The notes beneath the pieces were generated by a model. It ran no database searches, was not told the origin of the DNA, and saw only the letters and a list, made by a program, of their open reading frames with translations. From an uncultured Planctomycetales bacterium (GTDB lineage Bacteria; Omnitrophota; Gorgyraeia; Zapsychrales; JANLHA01): a DNA stretch of 60,265 bases. The translations under genes were made by a program, and so were the position numbers. Shown piece after piece: positions 22,613 through 31,998 of the stretch. The first letter of the stretch is position 1. Every line of letters starts with the position of its first letter. The stretch covers positions 1-60,265 of the forward strand of contig CAZQQI010000010.1 in NCBI GenBank assembly GCA_964595465.1, given 5' to 3'.

Positions 22613-25600
22613 ATGATATTTAAACGCACAAAAATCCTCGCATACCTGTTCTTAAGTGCTGTTTTATCCGCAGGGCCGTCAGCATGGGCGCTTGATCCGG
22701 GGGAACTCCCGACGGAGGGCGAGATAGTTTCCGGCGAAGGTTCCTTCGATGCTTCCCAAAGTCAGATGACCGTTCATCAGCATACGGACAGCATGATCGC
22801 TGAATGGTCATCTTTTAATATCGGCGAAGATGCCTCTGTCACCTTTCGTCAGCCGTCTTCTTCCAGCACGGCACTGAACAGAATATCTGACGCCAACCCG
22901 TCGCGTATTTCCGGACAGCTTTCAGCCAACGGAAAGATCTTTCTGCTCAACACCAACGGGATCATTTTCGGACCGTCGGCCCGGGTGAATGTGGGCGGTT
23001 TGGTCGCGTCATCGTTAGAGATATCCAACGAAGATTTTCTAGGGGGCAATTACGCGTTTGAGAATTCCGGCAGCGCCGGCTCTATTCACAGTGCCGCCGA
23101 TATAACCGCGGATGATTATGGTTATGTCGTTTTTATCAGCCCGGACATACACAACACCGGCAGCATTTCTGCTCCGTCGGGGGCTGTTGCTTTGGCTGCC
23201 GGGGACAAGGTCAGCCTTGACTTTCACGGCGACCGGCTGATCAATTTTAATGTCGATGCCGGTGCTGTTGAGTCGATGATCGAAAACGGCGGGGTCATTC
23301 AGGCGTCCGGCGGACTGGTTGTGATGAAGGCAGAAGCGGCCGGGGCATTAAAAGAATCCGTGATCAATACCAGCGGGATTGTTGAAGCCCAGTCTATGCG
23401 CCAACATCAGGGCCGGATCGTTCTCGATGCCGGTCAATATGGTCAGTCAACTGTGTCCGGCACGCTGGACGTTTCCTCTGAAACAGCGCAGGCCGGACGC
23501 ATCACGGTGACAGGAAACAAGGTGCTGATCGACGAAGGCGCTCAGCTGTCTGCGGCGGGTGAAACCGGCGGCGGAGAGATCTTTATCGGCGGGGGCTGGC
23601 AGGGAAAGGATCCTGATATCCGGCAGGCACTGGCTGTTACAGTAGCCCCGACCGCTGTACTGGACGCTTCGGCCGTTAACAATGGTGACGGCGGGACCAT
23701 TGTCGCCTGGTCGGATATCTATAATCCGGATTCAGCGACTCGCGCTTATGGGGATTTCCTGGCCAGGGGTGGAATAAACGGCGGTGATGGAGGACGGATT
23801 GAAACGTCAGGAAGATGGCTTCAAGTAACAGGTGTAAGCGGCGGGGCGAGAGCGCCGATGGGTGAGCCGGGACAATGGCTTTTTGACCCGCGCAATGTCA
23901 CGATCACAACCGCAGAGGCTAACGGCAGTTTTGATTCCGGCACATGGACGCCTTCCGGTAACGATTCCACCATTTTAAACACAGATATTAATACTTTGCT
24001 CGAAGGCGGGACGAGTGTGACGGTAACCACCGGTAACGACGGGACCCAGAATGGCGATATCACGGTTAGCAGCACGGTCACCAAAGGTTCAGGCGATACA
24101 GATGTGACGTTTACCTTGCAGGCGGCTAAAACTATTTCAGTTGATCAGGCGATAAGTAATACAGGAGGCACGGGAAAATTGAATGTGGCTTTGTTGGCGG
24201 ATAATGATAACGGTACTCATGACGGAGACGGGATCATTCTTTTAAATGCAGATATCACCACCAACGGCGGATATATTCATTTCGGAGACGGCAGTACGGA
24301 TTCGATTAATGGAGTGAATACTCTTGTCGGCGGTGATGTTTATGTGGCCGGAACAGGGGCCCGGACTATCTCAACGAACGGAGGGGCGGTAAACGTTCAG
24401 GGTGAGATGATCGTTGCTAATACAGACGGATTCACGATCAATACCAACGGCGGGAATGTTAGATTTTATGGCTTGCTGAATTCCGGAAACAGTTATACTT
24501 ACGAAACATCAGACGGAGGTGCTCCTTGGGACGCTGATAAGATCAGTTGGGAAAATGCCCTGAGTGACGCGCAATCAGGCGGCGGGGGATCTGTAGGAGA
24601 TGCGTATTTGGCGACCATTACTTCTCGTTTGGAGAATGCCATTGCCGGACGGACAGCAAATTATGCGGCCTCATGGCTTGGTGCCAGACGAAAACTGGGC
24701 CTTGGCACAGATGCGGTCTGGCGCTGGGTGGCCGGACCTGAAGGGCTGGAGGACTCAGGCCGCGGACGCCAATTTTTTATTCAAAGTGATTCCGGCGGCG
24801 GAACAGCGATCGATGACGCGTACACGAATTGGAATACCAGTGAGCCGAACAACTATGATGGCACAGTCCAACCTGTAGCTGGATCTGAGAATGAATCAGC
24901 GCTGCAGTTCACCAGCAATAACGGTGTTTGGAATGACCTGAACTATACTGACACAACATTAGACGGTTATGTCAAAGAGACCAATCTTGCCGCATCCGGC
25001 GTTACCGTGGATGCCGGGGAAGGTACTGTTACATTTTCTGGTGAAGTTGGCGGGACAAAGGCGTTGGATATTTTAAACATTACCGCCGGGACGATCGACA
25101 TTGACGGCGGCGCTGTGACCACCGAAGGGCTTCAGACCTATACTGGTAACGTGACGTTAGGCGCGGCTGACACAACGCTCACCCAGACAACCGCGGATAC
25201 GGATTTTACGCTTCAATCCAGCAAATCCATTATTAATGATTACGGCACGGATGCGGGTCTGACCATTAAGACCACCCGGGATATCATTATGGAAGGCAGC
25301 AGTGAGATCAGTTCCGCCACCGGGGCTTTGGATGTTGTGCTTCACGGTGATAGTGATGCGGATGGAGGCGCGATTTTTATAAAACCCGGCGCGAGTATTT
25401 CCAGTAATGGTGGTGATATCACACTTTCCGGCGGTCTGGATGTTTCAACCGGTTACGCCTTCGGCCGTGACAGTCAGGCCGGGCTGAGCAACGGCATCCT
25501 GATCGCCGGGTCCAGTATCACATCCGGCGGGGGCAATATCATCATGCGCGGAAAAGGTGCGGCTGTTCCCGGGGATATGTCAGCCGCGGGATTGCACGCG

Positions 25601-28600
25601 GATTTTTTAGGGAATAATGCCTCTGGTATTTATATCGCGAATAACGGCGCGACAAATGCCGCCGTAAACAGTGGAACCGGGACCATTAGTTTGACAGGGA
25701 CCGGCATTGCCACCGATCTAGGGGATTCATCTTATGCCCACGGCATACAAATCGGGGCTTCAAGCAGCGGTTCGACAACAGTTACGTCAGCTAATACAAC
25801 ATCGACAGCGATAACCGTGACCGGCGATGCCGGCACGGCCACAGGTTCGGCCTCAGCAACCGATGGCGCCATCGGCATCCAGCTTTACACGAATTCGGAT
25901 GTCAGCGCGACCGGGACCGGCGGCGGCATTGTGATCGATGGCACCGGCGGGGATAACGCGGATCTGCAATGGGCTTGGGGATACAACAGCGCAGCGGATT
26001 CTGCTTTAAGCGCCGAAGGCCTGATTTCTATTACCGGAACTGGTCAAGGCGGATCCAACCGCGAAGACATTTCTTTAGCCGGAGGAACTATCGGGGATGC
26101 TTCCCATAGCGGCGGGATTACTTTAAATATGGATACACTAGATTCGTCGTTTGGAACCACATTATCCAATGCCGGTGCGCTCACCGTTAAGCCGAGATCT
26201 ACCGGCACATCTATCGGCCTGGGTGCTGGAACAGGAACGCTAAGCCTCCCCAATACATTATTTACGACGTATTTCAGTAACGGGTTTTCTTCTATAACAG
26301 TGGGCCGTGCTGACGGAACAGGGGATATTGAAGCGAGTACGGTAACGTTTAGTGATCCATTGACACTTGTAAGCGGGGCAGGCGCGGACGCCACATTGAT
26401 CGGAGCGATCGCGGACGCGGGAACCGGGACATCTTCCGGCAGTTTAACGGTAGAAGTCGGAAGGCATGTGATTCTAAACGCGAACGGCTCGATCACAACC
26501 AGGGATCAGGCTGTTGTTTTAAATGCTGACAGTGACGCTTCCGGGGGAGGAGGGGTTTATCTTGATGATGCGTCCTCCATTACGTCAAACGGCGGCGCTG
26601 TTACCCTGGCCGGGGGCGCGGACGCGGCAGGATATGCTGTTGGAACGGGGAGTCTCAGTTCAAATGTTTCTACATGGAGCCAAGGTTTCACCAATCGGAC
26701 CTATGGTGTAGGACTCAACAATGCCACGCTGAATTCCGGCGCGGGAGCGATCACGATCCGGGGGCAAGGAACGGCAAGCGGTGAAAGAGCTGACGGTGTG
26801 TCGATGAAAGACGGCAGTATTACATCAACATCCGGACTGATAACCGTTGATGCCGCAGCCAGGGGCACGGACGGTTGGTCGACTTACGGCCTTGAGATTA
26901 ACGATGCTGATCTGACAACGGGTGACGGCGGTATCAATATGACCGGGACTGTATCTGATAATGATGGAAATGGTGTTATGATTCATTCCAATTCTATTAT
27001 CGAATCAACCGGCAGCGGTGCGGTCACAATTGAAGGCACTGGCGGACTTAATGACTGGTCACGAGGCGTAATCGTGGATACCGGCACCAATATTCAGACC
27101 AGCGGCAGTGGTGCTATCACTATTACCGGCACAGGACTGGGTGGTACCGGTTCGCTGGGTAAGGAAGGGGTTAAAATCTCTGACGGGGTGACCGCTGCTA
27201 ATGTTACTTCTACGGGAACAGCCGCTGCAACGATCACGATTACCGGAACGGCGGATGACGGCGATAATAACGGGGTCTGGTTGAGCAAAGGGGGAGTTAC
27301 TTCATCCAATGCCGCGATAACCGTGACAGGGACAGGTGCGGGAAGCGGTTACGGCATTGAGGCTTCCAATGATTTTAGTGTGGGCGGCGCGACAGACACG
27401 GGAGACATTACGTTCATTTCCAATTCTTTAAATTTAAGCGCCGATACCCGTCTGCAAAGTACAGGAGCCCTCACGGTCAAACCTAACACGGACAACACAT
27501 CCATCGGCATTGCCGGCGGCGCGGGGACACTGGCGCTGACAGCGGACAATTTTTCAACAAACTTTGTGGATGGATTTTCAGGGATCACGATCGGTAGCGC
27601 GACGGCAGGCGCGATCACAATCGGCGCAACCACAACATTAAATGATTCAACGACATTTCATAATAACTCCACGATCGATATTAACGGCACGGTTACCGCC
27701 AATGAAAATCTCATTTTTCAAAGTAACGGCGCTATCACACAGACAGAAGCTGTCACAGTAACCGGCACAACCAGTCTGACCGCCGGGACTAACGAGGTGA
27801 CACTGATGAATACCGGTAATGATTTCACCGGAGAGGTCTCGGTGGTATCAGCGGGAAACATCCGGTTGATCGACAGCAGTGCGATGACACTGGGAGCGCT
27901 TAGTTCAACCGGCACGGTGGACGCGGCTACCCTGAACGGAGATCTGACATTAACCGGAGCCATTGAAACAACAAATGCCGGAGATTCTGCTGTGACATTA
28001 AACGCTGGGAAAAATTCCGCGTCCGGGACATCGACCGGAGGAAACATTATTATCAGCGGGGGCAGTGTAAGTGTTGGAGACGGCGGGCGGGGCACATTAT
28101 ATTCCGGCGATGTCAGCGACAGCACAGGCCTGACGGATTTGGTCGGTTCAGGCAGCGGGAATTTTCGCTATAATAGCGATGAAGCGGATTCTAATTTTAC
28201 CGATGCCTTAGGAGCCGGAACCTACGCGGTGTACCGCGAACAGCCGGTTCTTTCGGTCGCGCCGGAAGCCAGCACTATCACTTACGGTGATGCTGTTTCA
28301 TTCACTCCTGCTTATACCGGTTATGCTAACGGTGACGCTTCGCCGGGTACAGTAACAGGTACCGCGGTCTGGACAGTTGGCGGTTCTCAGTCAACGTCTG
28401 GGAATTATACGGCGGATATGCATGAAGTCACATTCAGCAGCGGATTAACGAGCAGCTTGGGGTACGGGTTCACGGACAATGCCGCAAGCACGAATGAATT
28501 GACGGTTGATCCTTATGCACTGACGTTGAGCGGTTTCACGGCGGATAACAAAACCTATGACGGGACGACTAGTGTGACCGGGACAGGATTCAGCGATGAC

Positions 28601-29215
28601 CGCATCGGAGGGGATGATCTAAGTTTTGACTACGCCGCGGCGTTCGCGAATAAAAACGCGGGCACGGATAAAACTGTCAACTATACCGGCATCACGATCA
28701 GCGGTGGAACAGACCAGGGCAACTACGCTTTAGCCTCAGCCGCCGGTTCAGCAATGGCAGATATTACGAAAGCCGGCCTTACGATCACCGCCCGTGATGA
28801 TAGTAAAACCTATGACGGCCTGGCTTATTCCGGCGGTAACGGTGTCACATATTCGGGGTTTGCCAGCGGTGAGGATCAAAACATGCTTGGCGGGGCGTTG
28901 GATTATAGTGGCACCTCGCAAGGCGCGATACAGGTGGGAGACTATACTATTATCCCCCAGGGGTTTTCTTCAGATAACTATTCCATTACGTTTACTCAGG
29001 GGGCATTAGAAATCACCGTGGACACCAATGATCAGGAGATTGACGAAGTTGTGCGTTCGTTGACCAGCATTACCAAATCAGTGAATGGAACCCAGGACAG
29101 CCTGTCCGGTACTCAGTCGGTCCCATCAAATAACTTTTCGATAGGACCGGGTGCCGGAAGCCGGTCAATTCAGGCTTTCACTGTTTTTGAGCTTATCAAA
29201 GACCGCACGTTATGA
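22613..29215 (+). CDS. TpsA-type filamentous haemagglutinin-like exoprotein (about 2,200 aa)
   Basis: Start chosen at ATG 22613 (GGGAAGA RBS, signal peptide MIFKRTKILAYLFLSAVLSAGPSAWA). TPS domain with LLNTNGIIFGPSARVNVGGLVAS. Long G/T/S/N-rich beta-helix repeats. C-terminal KTYDGT...GNY (MBG/YDG-type) repeats. Confidence 0.85.
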   Translation: MIFKRTKILAYLFLSAVLSAGPSAWALDPGELPTEGEIVSGEGSFDASQSQMTVHQHTDSMIAEWSSFNIGEDASVTFRQPSSSSTALNRISDANPSRISGQLSANGKIFLLNTNGIIFGPSARVNVGGLVASSLEISNEDFLGGNYAFENSGSAGSIHSAADITADDYGYVVFISPDIHNTGSISAPSGAVALAAGDKVSLDFHGDRLINFNVDAGAVESMIENGGVIQASGGLVVMKAEAAGALKESVINTSGIVEAQSMRQHQGRIVLDAGQYGQSTVSGTLDVSSETAQAGRITVTGNKVLIDEGAQLSAAGETGGGEIFIGGGWQGKDPDIRQALAVTVAPTAVLDASAVNNGDGGTIVAWSDIYNPDSATRAYGDFLARGGINGGDGGRIETSGRWLQVTGVSGGARAPMGEPGQWLFDPRNVTITTAEANGSFDSGTWTPSGNDSTILNTDINTLLEGGTSVTVTTGNDGTQNGDITVSSTVTKGSGDTDVTFTLQAAKTISVDQAISNTGGTGKLNVALLADNDNGTHDGDGIILLNADITTNGGYIHFGDGSTDSINGVNTLVGGDVYVAGTGARTISTNGGAVNVQGEMIVANTDGFTINTNGGNVRFYGLLNSGNSYTYETSDGGAPWDADKISWENALSDAQSGGGGSVGDAYLATITSRLENAIAGRTANYAASWLGARRKLGLGTDAVWRWVAGPEGLEDSGRGRQFFIQSDSGGGTAIDDAYTNWNTSEPNNYDGTVQPVAGSENESALQFTSNNGVWNDLNYTDTTLDGYVKETNLAASGVTVDAGEGTVTFSGEVGGTKALDILNITAGTIDIDGGAVTTEGLQTYTGNVTLGAADTTLTQTTADTDFTLQSSKSIINDYGTDAGLTIKTTRDIIMEGSSEISSATGALDVVLHGDSDADGGAIFIKPGASISSNGGDITLSGGLDVSTGYAFGRDSQAGLSNGILIAGSSITSGGGNIIMRGKGAAVPGDMSAAGLHADFLGNNASGIYIANNGATNAAVNSGTGTISLTGTGIATDLGDSSYAHGIQIGASSSGSTTVTSANTTSTAITVTGDAGTATGSASATDGAIGIQLYTNSDVSATGTGGGIVIDGTGGDNADLQWAWGYNSAADSALSAEGLISITGTGQGGSNREDISLAGGTIGDASHSGGITLNMDTLDSSFGTTLSNAGALTVKPRSTGTSIGLGAGTGTLSLPNTLFTTYFSNGFSSITVGRADGTGDIEASTVTFSDPLTLVSGAGADATLIGAIADAGTGTSSGSLTVEVGRHVILNANGSITTRDQAVVLNADSDASGGGGVYLDDASSITSNGGAVTLAGGADAAGYAVGTGSLSSNVSTWSQGFTNRTYGVGLNNATLNSGAGAITIRGQGTASGERADGVSMKDGSITSTSGLITVDAAARGTDGWSTYGLEINDADLTTGDGGINMTGTVSDNDGNGVMIHSNSIIESTGSGAVTIEGTGGLNDWSRGVIVDTGTNIQTSGSGAITITGTGLGGTGSLGKEGVKISDGVTAANVTSTGTAAATITITGTADDGDNNGVWLSKGGVTSSNAAITVTGTGAGSGYGIEASNDFSVGGATDTGDITFISNSLNLSADTRLQSTGALTVKPNTDNTSIGIAGGAGTLALTADNFSTNFVDGFSGITIGSATAGAITIGATTTLNDSTTFHNNSTIDINGTVTANENLIFQSNGAITQTEAVTVTGTTSLTAGTNEVTLMNTGNDFTGEVSVVSAGNIRLIDSSAMTLGALSSTGTVDAATLNGDLTLTGAIETTNAGDSAVTLNAGKNSASGTSTGGNIIISGGSVSVGDGGRGTLYSGDVSDSTGLTDLVGSGSGNFRYNSDEADSNFTDALGAGTYAVYREQPVLSVAPEASTITYGDAVSFTPAYTGYANGDASPGTVTGTAVWTVGGSQSTSGNYTADMHEVTFSSGLTSSLGYGFTDNAASTNELTVDPYALTLSGFTADNKTYDGTTSVTGTGFSDDRIGGDDLSFDYAAAFANKNAGTDKTVNYTGITISGGTDQGNYALASAAGSAMADITKAGLTITARDDSKTYDGLAYSGGNGVTYSGFASGEDQNMLGGALDYSGTSQGAIQVGDYTIIPQGFSSDNYSITFTQGALEITVDTNDQEIDEVVRSLTSITKSVNGTQDSLSGTQSVPSNNFSIGPGAGSRSIQAFTVFELIKDRTL

Positions 29216-29340
29216 AATTTTCTTATGATTATTGCCGACGTGTTGCCCTCTGCGTTATGGTATGTCCACCCTTAAGGGCGGGACATTTGTTAATTGATTA
29301 TATCGAATATGCATCAGTTGTTATCTTTATCGTATGGAGC

Positions 29341-30078
29341 TCAAACAATCCATTTTTTGCGGGTGTTTCGTAGGCTTAGGGCGAAAAGCGCGATACAAAA
29401 CAGGGTTAGCAGGCTAAAGTTTAGTAATAAGGGCATGTGGCTGGTCTGGTTGATTGAGGTATGTAAGGCATCAGCGCCGTATGTAAGAGGCAACATGTAG
29501 GATAATGGCCTTAACCATATTGGCAGTTGCTGGATGGGGAAGAAGAGGCCGCATAGGAAAATCATGGGGAATCGGAAGAAGTTTGAAAATGTTTGGGCCT
29601 CAAAAACCTCTTTGACCGAGACGGCAATAAACAGTCCTAAGAAAGTTGAGCTTATAGCTATAAGGATTGTTGCGGGAACGAGGATGGCCCAGTTTACGGC
29701 TGATAAGTCGGTTAACAGCATCGCCACAAAAATCGGCACAAACGCGTTTATAACCCCAAATAATATTGCTCCGGATGTTTTGGCTAACATTAAGACTTCT
29801 AATGAAATGGGTGCCAAGAGCAGCCGTTCGAAGGACCGTCCTTTTTTTTCAAACGTTACGGTTACGGAAAGGACGCTGGTTGTGCCAAAAAGGATGCTGA
29901 GCGCCACAAGACCGGGCAGTAGCTCGGGAAGACTTTCCATTCCAAGTCCGGAACGGATGAAAAACATCGTTATCCAGACCAGCGGAAATAGTAATCCCCA
30001 GCTGATATTGGGCGGTTTGAGATAATAACTGCGCATGTCTTTAAGCAGGATATTCCAGAAAGCAATCCACGCTTTCAT
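29341..30078 (-). CDS. ABC-2 type transporter permease
   Basis: About six hydrophobic helices, 245 aa. Overlaps the upstream ATPase gene by 4 nt. Confidence 0.75.
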   Translation of the reverse strand: MKAWIAFWNILLKDMRSYYLKPPNISWGLLFPLVWITMFFIRSGLGMESLPELLPGLVALSILFGTTSVLSVTVTFEKKGRSFERLLLAPISLEVLMLAKTSGAILFGVINAFVPIFVAMLLTDLSAVNWAILVPATILIAISSTFLGLFIAVSVKEVFEAQTFSNFFRFPMIFLCGLFFPIQQLPIWLRPLSYMLPLTYGADALHTSINQTSHMPLLLNFSLLTLFCIALFALSLRNTRKKWIV

Positions 30079-31067
30079 GATTTACCCCCCATACCTTGTT
30101 TTTCCTTTTCTTTTTTCAAAGCGTCGCTTTCAATGCCTGTGATTTGTACAAAAATATCCTCAAGAGAAGGTTTCAGTCTACGGGCTTCAGCAACGTCAAC
30201 GCCCTGTTCTTCAAGGAAGCGGACAATTACTCCTGCAAAAATAGGTTTATCTGCTTCAACGCGAATCATGTTATTTTTTAAGAAAATAAAGCTCATCTCG
30301 GGAAATTTTTCGGGAAGCTTAGACTGTATAAACTGAGTGTCTTTCACGCATGTGATTTGCATTGCCTGTTTTTTTTGAAGAGGCTGAAGCAGGTTTTCGA
30401 CCGAATCAATCTTCACTATGCGGCCAGAAACGATAAAAGCAATACGTTCGCATAATCGCTCGGCTTCTTCAATATAGTGTGTTGTGAGGAATATTGTGGT
30501 GCCTGTCTGGTGTAAATGAGCGATGAGCTGACGCACCTGCCGTGCACTTGCCACGTCAAGGCCGGTGGTAGGTTCATCTAGGAATAGGATTTTTGGGCTG
30601 TGGATGATCCCTGCTGCTATGGTGAGTTTTCTTTTCATCCCTTTGGAATAGCCGTCGAACTTCCGATTTGCTGCTTCAGAGAGGCCAAACGTATCCAGTA
30701 GTTCCCGACCCTTATTTTGTCTTTCTTGCTTTGTTAATCCATAAAGTGCTCCACAAAAGCACAGATTATCAAATCCGGTCAATTCGGGATACAAGTTGCT
30801 TTCGTCCGGAACTACACCGATAAGGTGCTGTGCCGATTGGACGTTTTTAGTACAATCAATGCCAGAGATCTGAAAGTTTCCTTTATCCGGGCGAGCCAGC
30901 CCTGTAAGAATATTAATTGTGGTGGTTTTGCCCGCTCCGTTGGGCCCCAAAAAGCCAAACAATTCTCCTGATTGTATGGAAAACGAAATGCCGTCTAAAG
31001 CTGTTGTACTGTCAAACGATTTTGCGAGCCCTTTTACTTCTATAATGGCATTCTGTTCTTTGGTCAT
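30075..31067 (-). CDS. ABC transporter ATP-binding protein (ABC-2 exporter type)
   Basis: Walker A GPNGAGKTT, signature YSKGMKRKL, Walker B ILFLDEPTTGLD, H-loop TTHYIEE. Confidence 0.9.
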   Translation of the reverse strand: MTKEQNAIIEVKGLAKSFDSTTALDGISFSIQSGELFGFLGPNGAGKTTTINILTGLARPDKGNFQISGIDCTKNVQSAQHLIGVVPDESNLYPELTGFDNLCFCGALYGLTKQERQNKGRELLDTFGLSEAANRKFDGYSKGMKRKLTIAAGIIHSPKILFLDEPTTGLDVASARQVRQLIAHLHQTGTTIFLTTHYIEEAERLCERIAFIVSGRIVKIDSVENLLQPLQKKQAMQITCVKDTQFIQSKLPEKFPEMSFIFLKNNMIRVEADKPIFAGVIVRFLEEQGVDVAEARRLKPSLEDIFVQITGIESDALKKEKEKQGMGGKS

Positions 31068-31081
31068 TTTAGCTTCGTATT

Positions 31082-31357
31082 TTAAATTTTTGACAGTTCG
31101 TTAATTTCTTGTGCCCAGTTTTTTAATGCTTGTTTCTCCAAGCGGTAATGAACATAATATCCTTTTTTCTCCGGCACAACCAGCCCGGCTGATTTGAGTA
31201 TCCGCATATGCTGAGAAACAGCCCCCGGTGTAATCCCCAGCCGTACCGACAACGCCCCCACACAGAACGCCCTTTCACTAAGTAGCCGGATTATTTTCAC
31301 ACGGGTATCGGCACTGAGAGCTTTGTTGATTTCTGCGATATTATTGTCTTTGTCCAT
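31082..31357 (-). CDS. ArsR/SmtB-family transcriptional regulator
   Basis: ALSADTRVKIIRLLSE...CVGALSVRLGITPGAVSQHMRILKSAGLV is a typical ArsR wHTH. Start set at ATG 31357 because the upstream 48 nt contain an operator-like palindrome. Confidence 0.8.
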   Translation of the reverse strand: MDKDNNIAEINKALSADTRVKIIRLLSERAFCVGALSVRLGITPGAVSQHMRILKSAGLVVPEKKGYYVHYRLEKQALKNWAQEINELSKI

Positions 31358-31370
31358 TATCACAAACCAA

Positions 31371-31394
31371 TTTAGTATCTTTAAATATACTAAA
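31371..31394. promoter_or_regulatory. Candidate ArsR operator TTTAGTAT-N8-ATACTAAA
   Basis: Perfect 8-bp inverted repeat 14 nt upstream of the ArsR start on the minus strand. Confidence 0.45.
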
Positions 31395-31635
31395 ACAGAT
31401 GGCAATCTCGGTCAATATATTTTTTTGCTTGAATTAGCACATTCCACCTCTGCTCGTTTTTGTTGTCCATCCTTATGATATTCGCATATCTAATCATAGT
31501 ACTAAATAAGCGAAATTCGAGAGTCGTACTAGAGGCATCTGTCCTCACCGACCCTTATTTCTAACCCATTGTGAGTGGATAACTTGCAATGGTTTTTTTT
31601 GTATCCCTTGACCGGATGTTAGAACTTTTCAGGCG

Positions 31636-31683
31636 TTGACAAAAATGAAATATTTTGTATAATGCACATATGTGCATTATACA
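31636..31683 (+). promoter_or_regulatory. Consensus sigma70 promoter overlapped by a perfect 28-bp palindrome
   Basis: TTGACA (31636-31641), 16-nt spacer, TATAAT (31658-31663). The palindrome tgtataatgcacat|atgtgcattataca (31656-31683) covers the -10 element and the likely TSS. Confidence 0.65.
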
Positions 31684-31695
31684 AAGGAGCTGAAT

Positions 31696-31998
31696 GTGAG
31701 ACCTAAAAAAACCAGATGGGTTGAATGCGCGCCGGGTGAGCGGTGTTTTAGACCGCAATGCAAACCCAAGAATAAACTGGAAGGCGTAAATCTTACTATT
31801 GATGAATTCGAGGCCATTCGTTTATCTGATCTTGAAAAGTTAACACAGGAACAAGTGGCCAGGAGAATGAAAGTTCATCGTTCTACTATTTCCCGCATAT
31901 TGGAATCTGCCCATGAGAAGATCGCCGATGCCTTTGTTAATATCAAGGCAGTAAAAATAGAAGGTGGGTGTTGTCAAATTTCAGGAGCGAAGATATGA
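31696..31998 (+). CDS. DUF134 (UPF0251) predicted DNA-binding protein
   Basis: GTG start 6 nt after AAGGAG. N-terminus VRPKKTRWVECAPGERCFRPQ matches the DUF134 signature (PRPKK.R.V...P....FKP). C-terminal sigma-70 region-4-like HTH (LTQEQVARRMKVHRSTISRIL). Confidence 0.75.
   Translation: MRPKKTRWVECAPGERCFRPQCKPKNKLEGVNLTIDEFEAIRLSDLEKLTQEQVARRMKVHRSTISRILESAHEKIADAFVNIKAVKIEGGCCQISGAKI

Noticed and set aside
29040-29340. CDI-type C-terminal toxin and a downstream immunity gene for the TpsA.
   Set aside because: There is no VENN or pre-toxin motif and no recognisable nuclease or pore motif by eye. No small co-directional ORF follows before the convergent ABC-2 gene.
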